Notes: a model not told the origin generated them from the letters alone. A stretch of 64,000 nucleotides of DNA from Octopus vulgaris (GCA_951406725.2 OX597822.1:33604001-33668000), one strand, 5' to 3'. Positions 50,363 to 63,887 are shown, counted from the first letter of the stretch. Numbers and translations: made by a program.

Positions 50363-50595
50363 TGGCGGCGAGCTGGCAGAACCGTTAGCACGCCGGGCGA
50401 AATGCGTAGCCGTATTTCGTCTGCCGTTACGTTCTGAGTTCAAATTCCGCCGAGGTCGACTTTGCCTTTCATCCTTTCGATAAATTAAATTTCGGGGTCG
50501 ATAAATTAAGTACCAGTTACGCACTGGGGTCGATGTAATCGACTTAATCCGCTTGTTTGTCCCCTCTGTGTTTAGCCCCTTGTGGGTTGTAAAGA
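50363..50595 (+). mobile_element. SINE family D inserted in a (CA)n tract
   Basis: GGCGGCGAGCTGGCAGAACCGTTAGCACGCCGGGCGAAATGCG..GAGTTCAAATTCCGCCGAGGTCGACTTTGCCTTTCATCC. Confidence 0.93.
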
Positions 50596-50696
50596 ATTCA
50601 ACACACACACACACACAGACACACACACACACACACATACACACAGAACAAGCTAGTCAATATAAGCTGAATCATCAAATTATTTCCATGTAGTTA

Positions 50697-50736
<40 letters not shown>

Positions 50737-51079
50737 GTATTACTACTACTACTATTACTACTATTACTACTACTACCACTACCGCTGCTGCTGCTGCTCA
50801 CTACTTATTTATTTATTTGTTGTTTCCTTGTTTTATTTGTTAAATTTTTCTCTCTATTACAACAAGAAAAATTTTAAATCTAACTAGTCACCATTTGCTT
50901 CACTCACTCTCTTTTTCTCACTCCCTTTTTCTCTTCTCTCTCTCTCTCCCTCTCTCTCTTTCTCTCCCCCCCTCTCTCTCTCTCTTATGATCAAGCAATT
51001 TTTCAGCAGCAAATATTTAAGAAAAAACTCATTACTATTATTATTATTATTATTTTATTAATTTTTTTACTTTGTTAAG

Positions 51080-52150
51080 ACAGCAAGCTGGCAGAATCGT
51101 TAGCACGCCAGGTGAAATGCTTAGTAGTATTTCACCTGCCGCGTTCAAATTCCGCCAAGGTCAACTTTGCCTTTCATCCTTTCGGGATCTGTAAATTAAG
51201 TACCAGTTGTGTGCTGGGGTTGATCTAATCGACTGGTCCCCTCCTCAAAATTTCAGGCCTTATGCCTATAGTAGAAAGGATTATTATTAGTTATAGTAAG
51301 TTGGTAAGCTGGCAGAATCGTTAGCACACTGGACAAAATGATTTGTGGTATTTTGCCTTCTGCTACGTTCCGAGTTCAAATTCTGCCAAGGTCAACTTTT
51401 GCCTTTCATCCTTTTGGGGTTGATAAATTAGGTACCAGTGAAACACTGGTGTCAATGCAATTGACTAATCCCCTCCCCTAAAATCTCAGGCCTTGTGCCT
51501 TTAGTAGTAGAAAGGATTATTATTATTATTATTATTAATAAGGTGGTGAGCTGACAGAATCATTAGCACACCAGGCCAAATACTTAGTGGCATTTTATCT
51601 GGCTTTGGGTTCCAAATTCAAATTCCACCAAGGTCAACTTAGCCTATCATCTTTTCGAAGTTGATAAATTTGACTGAAAATCCTTCAAGGTGGTGCCCCA
51701 GTATGGCAGCACTCTAGTAACTGGAACACATAAAACATAAAAAATGGAAACTACAGACCACTTGAACTTTGTAACTCTGTGCCTAAGTTTGAAATCATGG
51801 CAGATTCATAAGAGTGTCAGGATAATTACATGCCCTGAAGTAATTAGCATGGTCCTTTAGCATTATGAGTTCAGATTTCACTGAGGTTAATTTTACCTTT
51901 CATACATTGAGAGGGGAGAGAAATAAAGTACCAGTTATATACTGGATTGATTTAATTAATTAATTTCCCTAGCCTAAATTTCGTGAAACTGTGCCTACAT
52001 TAAATGTCATTAAAAATGGTTGACTGTGCCCTTTCATTTTTCTGGGATCAATATAACGAGAACTACATAGGTACTACAGTTGATACCATCACCTATTCCA
52101 AACACACACACACACCTGCACAAAAAAAATTTGCAGCCTTATACCTATTT
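51080..52150 (+). mobile_element. Head-to-tail array of family D variants (three clear, about two decayed)
   Basis: Repeated GCTGGCAGAATCGTTAGCAC..CCTTTCATCC..AGTAGAAAGGATTATT units. Confidence 0.8.
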
Positions 52151-52539
52151 CTGAAATTGGTAATTAACTTTTTTGCATGATTAATATATATATGACAAAT
52201 GAGTTAACATTACAACTGTCTCATTAACGATACAAGAGAAAACATGTAGTTTATTTACATAAATGACTGCTGTAAATAAACTACATTTATTCAAGTGCAA
52301 TGAACCATCAAAAAAAACAAAAAAACATTAAAGTGAAAAAGGGAGTTAATTCTACAAACCAAACATTAAATTAATGCTATACAAAGTTCACACCCTGCAG
52401 TAATGACTAAACAAACAAAAATACAATATATGTAATTTAAAATCCGTTGAACTAAAAACAAGAACCACTCTCATCTTTATAATTATGTAATTGGCTTGTG
52501 AATGTATGTGAGCGCGAATGTGTGAGTGTGTGTGTGTGC

Positions 52540-52572
<33 letters not shown>

Positions 52573-52577
52573 CATCA

Positions 52578-52613
<36 letters not shown>

Positions 52614-52618
52614 TATAT

Positions 52619-53014
52619 TGTGCCGGTGGTACATAAAAAGCACCATCCGAACGTGGCCAATGCCAGCGCCGCCTCAACTGGCTTCTGTATCGGTGGCACA
52701 TAAAAAGCACCATCCGAACGTGGCCGATGCCAGCGCCGCCTTGACTGGCTTCCGTGCCGGTGGCACGTTAAAAGCACCAACCGATCGTGGCCGATGCCAG
52801 ACTCTCCTGGCACCTGTGCAGGTGGCACGTAAAAAGCACCCACTACACTCGCGGAGTGGTTGGCGTTAGGAAGGGTATCCAGCTGTAGAAACACTGCCAG
52901 ATCAGACTGGAGCCTGGTGCAGCCCCTGGCTTCCCAGACCCCGGTCGAACCGTCCAACCTGTGCTAGCGTGGAAAACGGACATTAAACGATGATGATGAT
53001 GATGATGATGATGA
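52619..53014 (+). mobile_element. SINE family B with 3-4 5' units
   Basis: As for the other B copies. Confidence 0.92.
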
Positions 53015-53350
53015 TATATACACACACACATATATATACAAAAAATGGAAGAAAAATGCAACAGAGGACAATAAAACATTCATACAGATAGACAATACAA
53101 AGGCATACAGGAGAAACAACAGTTAGAAGGACAGGCAAAAAAATACAGGTTATTTGTGGACTTCTTTTCTCAGTCAAGTTACCAGAAGTCCTTACTGTTT
53201 CGGGCAATTACACTTGAGACAGTTTGATCTGGTTGCCCCCAAAATAGTCTAAGCTTAGAGCATTAGATCTTTTTGTAAGAAAGCTAGCGAATGTGTACGG
53301 CAACAAAGACAAAAATACGGAGAACATAATACACAATTACAAATACTAAG

Positions 53351-53379
<29 letters not shown>

Positions 53380-53381
<2 letters not shown>

Positions 53382-53691
53382 TGACTCTCCTGTTATTAGA
53401 CAACATTTAAGGGGTTCAACAGTTTCTTACTGAACAACTACACTACTGGTTTGTTTATAGTGACCAAATGTTTGTGTAGACATAAGCTCACTCCTTCCAT
53501 CAAATCGACATTACCTGCACAAGTGCAACGAGTGTAACAGGTGCCACATGTCAGATGTCGAAATGATCGCAAAGCAACGCAAAATGAAGTGCTTTGCTCA
53601 AGAACACAATGCAACGCCCAGTCTGGGAATCAAACACACGATCTCAGAATTGTGAGTGCAACACCCTAACCACTAAGCCATGTGCCTCCAC
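53380..53691 (-). mobile_element. Family C-related tRNA SINE
   Basis: Minus-strand head GGAGGCACATGGCTTAGTGGTTAGGGTGTTGCACTCACAATTCTGAGATCGTGTGTTTGATTCCC, then GTGTTCTTGAGCAAAGCACTT. Confidence 0.82.
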
Positions 53692-54230
53692 TATACCTTG
53701 GATTGTAGGGCGACATGCCATGCTTGAGGAGACCTACTGAGTCAAGTACATCAACATCACCAATATCAAATTCAAATGAAATGGAAATAGTAGTTGTGAG
53801 CCCCGTGCTGGTAGCATATAAAAAGTTCCGTCCTAACGTGGCCGATGCCAGTGCCACCTTGACTGGCTTCTGTGGTGGTGGCACATAAAAAGCACCATCT
53901 GATCGTGGTCGATGCCAGCTCCTCTGGCCCATGTGGGTGGCACGTAAACAGCACCCATTACACTCTCGGACTGGCTTCTGTGCAGGTGGCACGTAAAACA
54001 AACCATTTGAGCATGAATGTTGCCACTACCACCTGACTGGCCCTTGTGCCGGTGGCATGTAAAAGCACCCACTACACTCTCAGAGTAGTTGGCATTAGGA
54101 AGGGCATCCAGCTGTAGAAACACTGCCAGATCAGATTGGGGCCTGGCGCAGCCTCCTGGCTTCCCAGACCCCAGTCAAACCGTCCAACCCATGCCAGCAT
54201 GGAAAACAGACATTAAACGATGATGATGAT
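53692..54230 (+). mobile_element. SINE family B, long copy
   Basis: Extended 5' region, several units, B body, (GAT)n. Confidence 0.88.
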
Positions 54231-54693
54231 GGTGCCATGTAAGTCCACTCTGTAAAATGATTGGTGTTACAAAAATATGATAACTGATGAAGAATTACAG
54301 ACCATCTGTTTGTCTCCCATTCATTTTAACATTCAGTATACATTACGTCATTTGTTTATACATATTTTCATTCATTAAGTAATGGAACGCAACACACACC
54401 AAATTTGTATTAACAAATATACATATATACATAAATATATAAATGTATGTATATACATATAAATATATATAAATGTACATATATACATTGTGTCGGTGGC
54501 ACGTAAAAGCACCATCCGAATCGTGGCCGAAGCCAGTGCCGCTCGACTGGCTTCGTGCAGGTTCAGTATACATTACGTCATTTGTTTATACATTTTTCAT
54601 TTATCAAGTAATAGAATGCAACATACACCAAATTTGTATTAACAGATATACATATATACATAAATATATAAATGTATGATGATGATGATGATG

Positions 54694-54890
54694 ATAGGGA
54701 GAGTTTATGAAAAAACAAAAGACGAAAACAGGTGGTGTACAAAACAAACAGATATATTAGTATAACGCTCAGGAATAGAAAGAGTCTTTTACGTTTCGAG
54801 CCTACACTCTTCTACAGAAAAGGACACAGAAAAAACAAGGAGAGAAACAAGGAGAGAAAAAAATGTGTGTAGTGGCTAACGATCCACATA
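54694..54890 (-). mobile_element. Penelope-pLTR-like short repeat with a core-variant hammerhead (CUGUAGA)
   Basis: Minus strand reads GTCCTTTT-CTGTAGA-A-GAG tgtagg CTC-GAAAC-GTA-AAAGAC (54825-54784). Related truncated sequences at about 22935-23010 and 23035-23105. Confidence 0.55.
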
Positions 54891-55064
54891 TTTTTATATG
54901 TACATCTATATATATATATTTATATGATGTTATATATATATATATAATTTTGATAGCAATTATAACCTATACAGATTTTCTTCCCATGGTAGCCACTTGA
55001 TATGATCATTATTTTGAAAAACAGTCTTGATAGATATATATACATATAGATATATATATATATA

Positions 55065-55444
55065 TAGTCATAAATAACAGGAATATTTAGATGAACTTTT
55101 ATTTAACAAAAGAAAAATCCCAATATATCATGACAAATTTGTTTCGTAACTCAAAAACATGCAATTTATTTATTATTTATTATATTAAATAATAAATAAA
55201 TTGCTTATATGTCTGCATGATTGCAAAATGCAAAAAAAATCCGTTCAAATTAAAACAGAATTTGAGGCACGTCGTCAGGTGAAAGGAAGTCTTTGTTAAA
55301 TAATGTAATAAACATGTAAGGAATTTATTTACTATCAAATATGATAATATAAGTTATTCGCATGTCTTTGAGTTACAAGACAAATTGGTTGTGATATTTG
55401 GATTTTTCTTTTGTTAAACATTCCACTGCCATTTATGACTCTAT
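55065..55444. mobile_element. MITE with long (~90 bp) imperfect TIRs next to a (TA)n tract
   Basis: AGTCATAAAT..TTTAACAAAAGAAAAATCC..GTAACTCAAA.ACATGC is mirrored at the right end. Internal perfect 19-bp hairpin GCAATTTATTTATTATTTA/TAAATAATAAATAAATTGC. Confidence 0.8.
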
Positions 55445-55564
55445 ACACTGTTTATCTTTTTCTCTTGTAAATTGCTATATATTCTATATGGTTGGTAGAA
55501 TGATATAATTAAGGAGCCTTTTTTATGAGTACTATCAGACTACTTGAATCTATACATTGTGACT

Positions 55565-55668
<104 letters not shown>

Positions 55669-55669
55669 A

Positions 55670-56065
55670 GGTGTAGGGGTGGCTATGTGGTAAGTAGCTT
55701 GCTTACCAACCACATGGTTCTACGTTCAGTCCCACTGCATGGCACCTTGGGGAAGTATCTTCTACTATAGCCTTGGTCCAACCAAAGCCTTGTGAGTGGA
55801 TTTGGTAGACGGAAACTGAAAGAAGCCCATCGTATATATGTATATGTGTGTGTGTGTGTGTGTGTGTTTGAGTGTGTGTGTGTGTGTATGTTTGTGTGTC
55901 TGTGTTTACGACCCCCGTAACTTAGCGGTTCGGCAAAAGGGACCGATAGAATAAGTAGCAGGCTTACAGAGAATAAGTCCTGGTGCTCAACTAAAGGCGG
56001 TGCTCCAGCATGGCCACAGTCAAATGACTGAAACAAGTCAACAAGTAAAAGAGTAAAAGAGTACA
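55670..56065 (+). mobile_element. SINE family A
   Basis: Family A head, body and tail. Confidence 0.92.
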
Positions 56066-56634
56066 GAGTGTAATATGAAATTAAAGGAATGATAAGAAAA
56101 CAGGAATTACACAATAAACTTCATTAGCTTACAGCTGTTTCTGCTATAAGATTCAGTGCACTCAGAGCACATGCATTATAGCAGCTGGCCCCCATGCCAT
56201 CAAAAATGATGTCTACTTGTAGTATTTTATATATAAATATGGATGGTAAATCAAATTAATTCACTTGTCAATGTTATCTAGTGGTTGTCTTTTGAGATGT
56301 GACATCAATCATCGTTTGTTACTGAAAGAACACTGTTTCACTTTCAAACATTCACATACTTTCCTTGTACACGTACACATACACACAAATACATACACAC
56401 ATATACTCACACAGAGTTGAAACGCTGTTTGATTTTTCTTTTCAGCGTTGAATGTTCACCATCCCACTTTCTGTTTGGTATCACCCCTTCCTTTCTCATT
56501 CATATGTTGTGATGGAGAAAAACACAAGAATATTATTATAGTAGATATTTATCCATATGACATACAATATTCTTATCTTAGACAGACAGATAGATGTAAA
56601 TATCTATAAACACACATTCATATATATGGCAGGT

Positions 56635-56725
56635 CGGGCAAGTGTTTTCTACTATAGCCTCAAGCCAACCAAACCCTTGAGTGGATTTGGTAGACAGAAA
56701 CTGAAGGAAGCCTGTCGTGTATGTC

Positions 56726-56757
<32 letters not shown>

Positions 56758-56970
56758 GATATGTATATATCTGTGTGTTTGTGTTTGCCCCTCCCCATTG
56801 CTTGACAACCAATGTTGGTGCGTTTACATCCCCATAACTTAGCAGTTCAGCAAAAGAGACTGATAGAATAAGTACTAGACTCACAAAGAATAAGTACTGG
56901 GATTGACTTGTTCAACTAAAACCCCTTATGGTGGTGCTCCATCATGGCCACAATCAAATGACTGAGACAA
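56635..56970 (+). mobile_element. SINE family A, 5'-truncated
   Basis: Family A body and tail. Confidence 0.88.
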
Positions 56971-57006
56971 ACATACATACACCCATGCATACATTGTATG
57001 TGTGTG

Positions 57007-57060
<54 letters not shown>

Positions 57061-57671
57061 CATCATCATCATCATCATCATCACCATCACCATCACCATC
57101 ACCATCATCATCATCATCATCATATATCATATATTTATATGTGCCCAGAGGTCTTTGTGAGAATATTTGTCTCGCACCATTTGACAACCAGTTGTTGTCT
57201 AAATTAGCAGTTCAGCAAATAGCAAATGATAAAATAAGTACAAGCTTTGGAAATTAAAAGCTCTAAGGTCAATTATAATAACTAAACACTTCAAGACATT
57301 GCTGTAGCATGACCACAGTCAAATGACAGCAACAAGTAAAAGTCTATAAAGTAAAAGTCTATAAAAGCATGACTCAGAACAAGCTTCTGGAAAAGACAGA
57401 ATCAATTAAATTGTTAGCAGCAATCCAGAAGTCCTGTTATCAGCAGGTTAAGACATTCAGCATGTTTGTTGCTTGAGATTAAACTCCAGCATCCGATTAA
57501 AGATTTACAATGGCTGCATGTGATCTCCATTTGAGGAAAATAAACAGAATGGAAAAAATTAGAAGATGAAGAAAACAAATGGAAGAAAATTATTCGGTGG
57601 GTAGGGTTCGGGAGAAATTTGGCAGCTAACATTAACCAGGTCAAAATCAAAAAAAAAAAAAAGAAGTACAG

Positions 57672-57844
57672 AGGCATAGGAGTGTCTGTGTGGTAAGTAT
57701 CTTGCTTAACAACCACATGGTTCCAGGTTCAGTCCCACTACGTGGCACCTTGGGCAAATGTCTTCTACTATAGCTTCAGGCCGACCAAAGCCTTATGAGT
57801 GGGTTTGGTCGACAGAATCTGAAAGAAGCCCGTTTTATATATAC

Positions 57845-57884
<40 letters not shown>

Positions 57885-58292
57885 CTGTGTGTGTGTGTTG
57901 TGCGTGTGTGTTTGTGTGTCTGTGTTTGTCCCCCCAACATCGCTTGACAATCGATGCTGGTGTGTTTACGTCCCCATCAATTAGCGGTTCAGCAAAAGAG
58001 ACCGATAGAATAAGTACTAGGCTCACAAGGAATAAGTCCTGGGATCTATTTGCTCAACTAAAGGTGGTGCTCCAGCATGGCCACAGTCAAATTACTGAAA
58101 GAAATAAAAGAATAAAATAAGGCGCAGGAGTGACTGCATGGTAAGTAGCTTGCTTAACAACCACATGGTTCTGGGTTCAGTCCCACTGCATAGCACCTTG
58201 AGTAATGTCTTCTACTAAAGCCTCAGGCCAACCAAAGCCTTATTGATTGGATTTGGTAGACAGAAACTGAAAGAAGCCCATCGTATATATGC

Positions 58293-58342
<50 letters not shown>

Positions 58343-58561
58343 GTGTGTCTGTGTTTGTCCCCCCCAACATCGCTTGACAACCGATGCTGGTGTGTTTGTG
58401 TCACCATAACTTAGTAGTTCTGGTAAAGAGACCGATAGAATAAGTACTAGGCTTACAAAGAATAAGTCTTGGGGTCAATCTGCTTGACTAAAAGCAGTGC
58501 TCCAGCATGGCCGCAGCCAAATGACTGAAACAAGTAAAAGAGTAAATAGAAAGAGAGTAAG
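57672..58561 (+). mobile_element. Two head-to-tail family A copies (57672-58118, 58121-58561)
   Basis: Both share the variant CTTGCTTAACAACC, suggesting local duplication or the same subfamily. Confidence 0.92.
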
Positions 58562-58615
58562 AACTCCCACCTTAATCTGTGAAACCAATGGTTGTCAACT
58601 GAGACAGATTATATA

Positions 58616-58846
58616 TATTTCTTTATTGCCCACAAGGGGCTAAACACAGAGAGGACAAACAAAGACAGACAAAGGGATTAAGGCGATTACATCAACCCCA
58701 GTGCGTAACTGGTACTTCATTTATCGACCCTGAAAGGATGAAAGGCAAAGTCGACCTCGGCGGAATTTGAACTTAGAACGTAGCGGCAGGTGAAATACTA
58801 CTAAGCATTTCACCCGGCGTGCTAACGATTCTGCCAGCTCGCTGCC
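58616..58846 (-). mobile_element. SINE family D, full-length
   Basis: Flanked by the direct repeat TGAGACAGATTATATA. Confidence 0.92.
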
Positions 58847-60215
58847 TTTGAGACAGATTATATAGGTAATGAAGAAAAGAGTGAAATATAAATTCAGAAA
58901 CACAAGGGAAAAAATAGATGTTAACAAAAATGTTATTCCCAAATGAAATTCCCAAATGAAATTCCCGAATGTGTTAAGAAAAATGGCTGAAATGAATGAA
59001 ACATCAGCAAAAAGAGTTTACAGAAGTACTGTATAAATAATATCTGCGACTACTTGCACTCGATGGAAACGACTAAAAGATTATAATGGATGTTTTATCA
59101 GAACTGCTTTCAAATACAGATTTTCAATTGAATATGGGAAATGTCTCTGAAGTGATTTTAAGTTAAGGACAGGCAATGTATAGTTAAGTGACACCGTTAT
59201 ATTTGACGTGAGGTAATGGGAAAAATAACTAAAAAAAAAACGAAAAATTGGGGAGGGTGGAGGAGAAAAAAACAGCTCAGATTTCTATTCTGTATTGTTT
59301 GTTAAAGATATGGTACTAATGGATTTAGTGCTTTAGTAGGGAAAGAAACAGTGATAGTCATTTGGTTGAGTAGGGGAATGTACGAACGATGTGAAAGCTA
59401 GAGAAACGGTTGTGGATTTAGTTTGTTTGAATAGAATGGGAATTACGAGGTTCGAGATTTACAATATGATGTGGTATCGCAAATGAATCAACAATGGTTT
59501 TCAGATTTAGGTACAATGCCAGCAATTTTGAGGGAGGGGGGAGAGAGAGGGAGAGAGAAAAAGGGAGAGACAGAGAGAGAGGGGAAGGGAGAGAGCGGAG
59601 GACAAAGTGGGAATGCAGAGAAGGAAGAGAAAGTGGGAGGAGGAGACGAAAGTGAGGAGAAGGTGGGAATGAGGAAGAGAAAGTGGGAATGAGGAAGAGA
59701 AAGTGAAAATGAGGAAGAGGAAATGATGATGATGAGGAAGAGGAATGATGATGAGGAGGAGGAGGAGGGGGGGAGGAGGAAGGGGAGGGGGAGGACAGTG
59801 GAATGAAGAAAGCATGAGAGGAGGAGGAGAAGTGAGAAGGTGCCTCTCTCTCCCCTCTACCCTCTCTCCTTTTCTTTTTTTATATGTAATAATCTAGATG
59901 TTTGTATGTCTAATGTCTCTCTCTCCCTCCCACTTACTCTTTACTCCTCTCTCTCTTTCTCTCCCGTGCACTCTCCCTATTTGCATGTATACTTTTCTGT
60001 GCATGTTTATATTTTCCTCCAGTGCCTAAAAGTAGCGTCACCAAAACTGACAGAATGTCCAGTCAACCAAGCCAATTCACCAACATCCAAACAGCTGCGC
60101 CCAAACAGCTGCTCCCAATTGTCTCATTCCAAAGCAAAGCTGACCTTAGTGGGATGTGATCCAAGAACATATAGATAGGTCCAGAACAAACACCACAAAG
60201 AATTTTGCCCAACAT

Positions 60216-60635
60216 TGTTGGTTTGTTTACATCCCTGTAATTTAATGGTTTGACCAAAGTGACCAATCGAACAAGTGCCAGGCTTAAAAAAAAAAATAAG
60301 CGTAGGAGTGGCTGTGTGGTAAGTAGCTTGCTTACTAACCACATGGTTCCAGGTTCAGTTCCACTGCGGGGCACCTTGGGCAAGTGTCTTCTTTTATAGC
60401 CTCGGGCCGACCAAAGCCTTGTGAGTGGATTTGGTAGACAGAAACTGAAAGAAGCCCGTCATATGTATATATATATATATGTGTGTGTATATGTTTGTGT
60501 GTCTGTGTTTGTCCCACCCAACGCCACTTGATAACCGATGCTGGTGTGTATATGTCCCCATAACTTAGCGGTTCAGCAAAAGAGTCTGATAGAATAAGTA
60601 CTAGGCTTACAAAGAATAAGTTCTAGGGTTGATTT
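60216..60635 (+). mobile_element. Composite of a family A variant fragment plus a family A copy
   Basis: Inverted twin at 61001-61465. Confidence 0.88.
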
Positions 60636-60928
60636 TTATTTCGCCATCCACTTCCAGCAGCATAGCAAATGAGTAAAAAACATTAGTCTAAATTACTGCC
60701 TTAAATTTTATGCAAACCAAAAGCAACTTCAGAACAGACAAAACAAACAGCAACAATAACAACACACACTTACAGAGACAGACTTCAAAGGAATAGAAAA
60801 CAATGTTTGATAAATAAATAAAAACAGTTGTTTTAATGTATATTTGGTCAGCTACGTCCAGAGCTAACCGCCATTTCTTTCCTGGCTTTTTGTAAATCTA
60901 AAATGTCAACTTCAGTTGGCATACACAC

Positions 60929-61650
60929 TTACTCTTTTACTCTTTAACTTGTTTCAGTCATTTGACTGTGGCCATGCTGGAGCACCGCTTTTAGTCAAGC
61001 AAATCAACCCCAGGACTTATTCTTTGTAAGCCTAGTACTTATTCTATCAGACTTTTTTGCCGAACCGCTAAGTTATGGGGACATATACACACCAGCATCG
61101 GTTATCAAGCGACGTTGGGGGGGGACAAACACAGGCACACAAACATACACACACACACACACACATACACACACACACAAACAAACACACACACACACAC
61201 ATACACATACATATATATGACGGGCTTCTTTCAGTTTCGGTCTACCAAATCCACTCACAAGGGTTTAGTCGGCCCGAGTCTATAGTAGAAAACACTTGCC
61301 CAAGGTGCCATGCAGTGGGACTGAACCTGGAACCATGTAGTTGGTAAGCAAGCTACTTACCACACAGCCACTCCTACACTTATTTATTTTTTTTTAAGCC
61401 TGCCACTTGTTTGATTGGTCGCTTTGGTCAAACCATTAAATTACAGGGATGTAAACAAACCAACAGCAGTTCTCAAGCATTCAGGAGGGGTGAGGGTGGG
61501 CAAAATACAATCACAAAGACCTACAAACACAAATGCGTACACACATACTTCAGGCTTCCACACGGTTTCTATCTACTAAATACATTCACATGGTTGACCA
61601 GGTACCATAGCAGAAGACAGTGGAACTGAACCTGAAACCATGTGGTTAAT
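60929..61650 (-). mobile_element. Full family A copy (60929-61378) plus an adjacent diverged A-type copy
   Basis: Reverse-complement A blocks. Confidence 0.88.
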
Positions 61651-61920
61651 AATTTTTAAATGCTTGATCAGAGGACAAGAAGGTGCATGTACAAGTAGTT
61701 AGACTATTAGACTCCTGATATAAATCTCATGGGTTCCATTCATAGACCAGGCAACACAGTGCATTGTGTCTTTGTACAAGGCAATTCATTTCTCAGTGAT
61801 ATCCTGATAAAAGTGACAGGATTGTTCCCGACTGAAATGACTATAAGAGTGGAGAGAGGACACTAGGAATGTGAACCAGGTGCTGGTAGGTGGGACCTAA
61901 ATAAGTTTGGGAAGCACTCA

Positions 61921-62235
61921 TTATCATCATCATCATTTAACGTCCACTTTCCATGCTAGCATGGGTTGGATGATTTGACTGAGGATTGGCGAACCAGATG
62001 GCTGCACCAGGCTCCAATCTGATCTGGCAAAGTTTCTACAGCTGGATGCCCTTCCTAATACCAACCACTACGAGAGTGTAGTCAGTGCTTTTAAATACCT
62101 ATCGACCCCAATGTTTCTGCCAGCTCGCCGCCTTTTAAATACCACTGGCACAAGGGCCAGTCAGGCGGCACTGGCAACAGCCATGCTCAAATGGTGTGTT
62201 TTATGTGCCACCTAGACAGGAGCCAGTCTAGCACT
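61921..62235 (-). mobile_element. SINE family B (with a small D fragment inside)
   Basis: (CAT)n followed by the reverse-complement B body. Confidence 0.85.
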
Positions 62236-62901
62236 GACTTAGATTAATACCTCTGCTTAGATTTTAGGAACTTCACTGTTGGCCTGTGACTGAGCAGTAC
62301 CTCTCCGAAGACATTAAGCCTTTTCTAAAACCATTACCTGGTTTAACACCTTTACCTAAAGCTCAGATGACTACAGTGGAGTCCATTTTGTTATAAGTAT
62401 TCAAACAAAGTTTCTGGTGTATGAAAACCTGATGCTTCTGCTGCACCATTTATCATTGCACCAACTTAAATGGTGTTGCTTTTCCTCTGCTACCTCTTTA
62501 ATACAGCACAAAAGCTAGCAATAAAGCTAGTATTATTAGGGCAGTGTGTGAACTTCATAACCATAAAGTTAAATTTAACATTGCTACATGCCATAAATAT
62601 AAAAATATAATATATACATACATATGTGTGTGCTTGTTTGTGTGTGTGTGTAATAATTTCATAAAAGTTCACTCCTTCAAATATAAGTTATTAGATATAT
62701 TTTCTACAATAAAGTATACACATACATGTCTATACACACACACATGCACACACACACACACCCCCCACACACACACATACACACCACACTTACTCAAACA
62801 CACACACATACATGTATATATCATCATCATCGTCACCATTATCATCATCATCATCATCATCGTCATCATTATCATCATCATCATTTTACATATACTTTCC
62901 A

Positions 62902-63335
62902 TTATTTAGCCAGAGGGGAAGCAGATAAGAAAATAATTGCCAATGTTCTGCACCGTGAGGACCAAAGACTTGAAGTATTTCGTGTTGCAAGACAGTGTGT
63001 GAGAGAGAATCGTGCTGTTGTAGGAGAGAAATGTGTCTGCATGGATGATGGTTCACTTGCACTAAACGAGGCTGCAAAGAGAGAGGTTTGGAGATGCCAC
63101 TATGAAAGGTTGCTCAATAAAGAGAATGAATGGGAGTAAGAGAGTCTGCCGAATGTTGACCCAACAGAGGGACCAGTTATCCGAATTCACAGTATCTTGG
63201 TAGATAAAGCAATTAAGAGTATGAAGACAGAAAATCTCCGGCCCATCTGGTATCACAGCAGAGATGCTCAAAATATCTGGCAGTGTCGGCTACAGCCGAG
63301 TCACCCGTATAGTTAACCAGGTGATAAATGAGGGC
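62902..63335 (+). mobile_element. RTE-clade LINE ORF fragment (region upstream of the RT domain), pseudogenised
   Basis: VFRVARQCVRENRAVVGEKCVCMDDGSLALNEAAKREVWRCHYERLLNKENEWE*..VDKAIKSMK, then after a frameshift GPSGITAEMLKISG. Confidence 0.85.
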
Positions 63336-63379
63336 ATATGGCGTAGTGGTTAAATATAGAACAGTTAAATATAGAACAG

Positions 63380-63607
63380 CGGCGAGCTGGCAGAAACGTT
63401 AGCACGCTGGGCGAAATGCTTAGCGGTATTTCGTCTGCGTTACGTTGTGAGTTCAAATTCCGCCAAGGTCGACTTTGCCTTTCATCTTTTCGGGGTCGAT
63501 AAATTAAGTACCAGTTACACACTGGGGTCGATGTAATCGACTTAATACCTATGTCTGTCCTTGTTTGCCCCCTCTGTGTTTAGCCCCTTGTGGGTAATAA
63601 AGAAATA
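63380..63607 (+). mobile_element. SINE family D with target-site duplication
   Basis: GTTAAATATAGAACAG occurs on both sides (twice on the left). Confidence 0.92.
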
Positions 63608-63624
63608 GGTTAAATATAGAACAG

Positions 63625-63887
63625 TAAGACCCATCAGTCCATGTAAAACTGCAGTCATGGCAGATACTGGTGTCATGCAAATGGCACCTGTGCCAGTGGC
63701 ACGTAAAAGCACCCATTACACTCTCAGAGCGGTTGGCATTAAGAAGGGCATCCAGCCATAGAAACCATGCCAAAACAGACTAGAGTCTGATGCAGCCTTC
63801 CAGCTTGCCAGCCCCCCGTCAAACCGTCCAACCCATGCCAGCATGGACAACAGACGTTAACTGATAATGATGATGATGATGATGATA
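63625..63887 (+). mobile_element. SINE family B
   Basis: B body and (GAT)n tail. Confidence 0.87.

Noticed and set aside
55270-55280. Isolated CTGANGA heptamers (here on the minus strand; also 6180, 25512, 27168, 43105)
   Set aside because: None has a stem II followed by GAAA; such heptamers are expected by chance.
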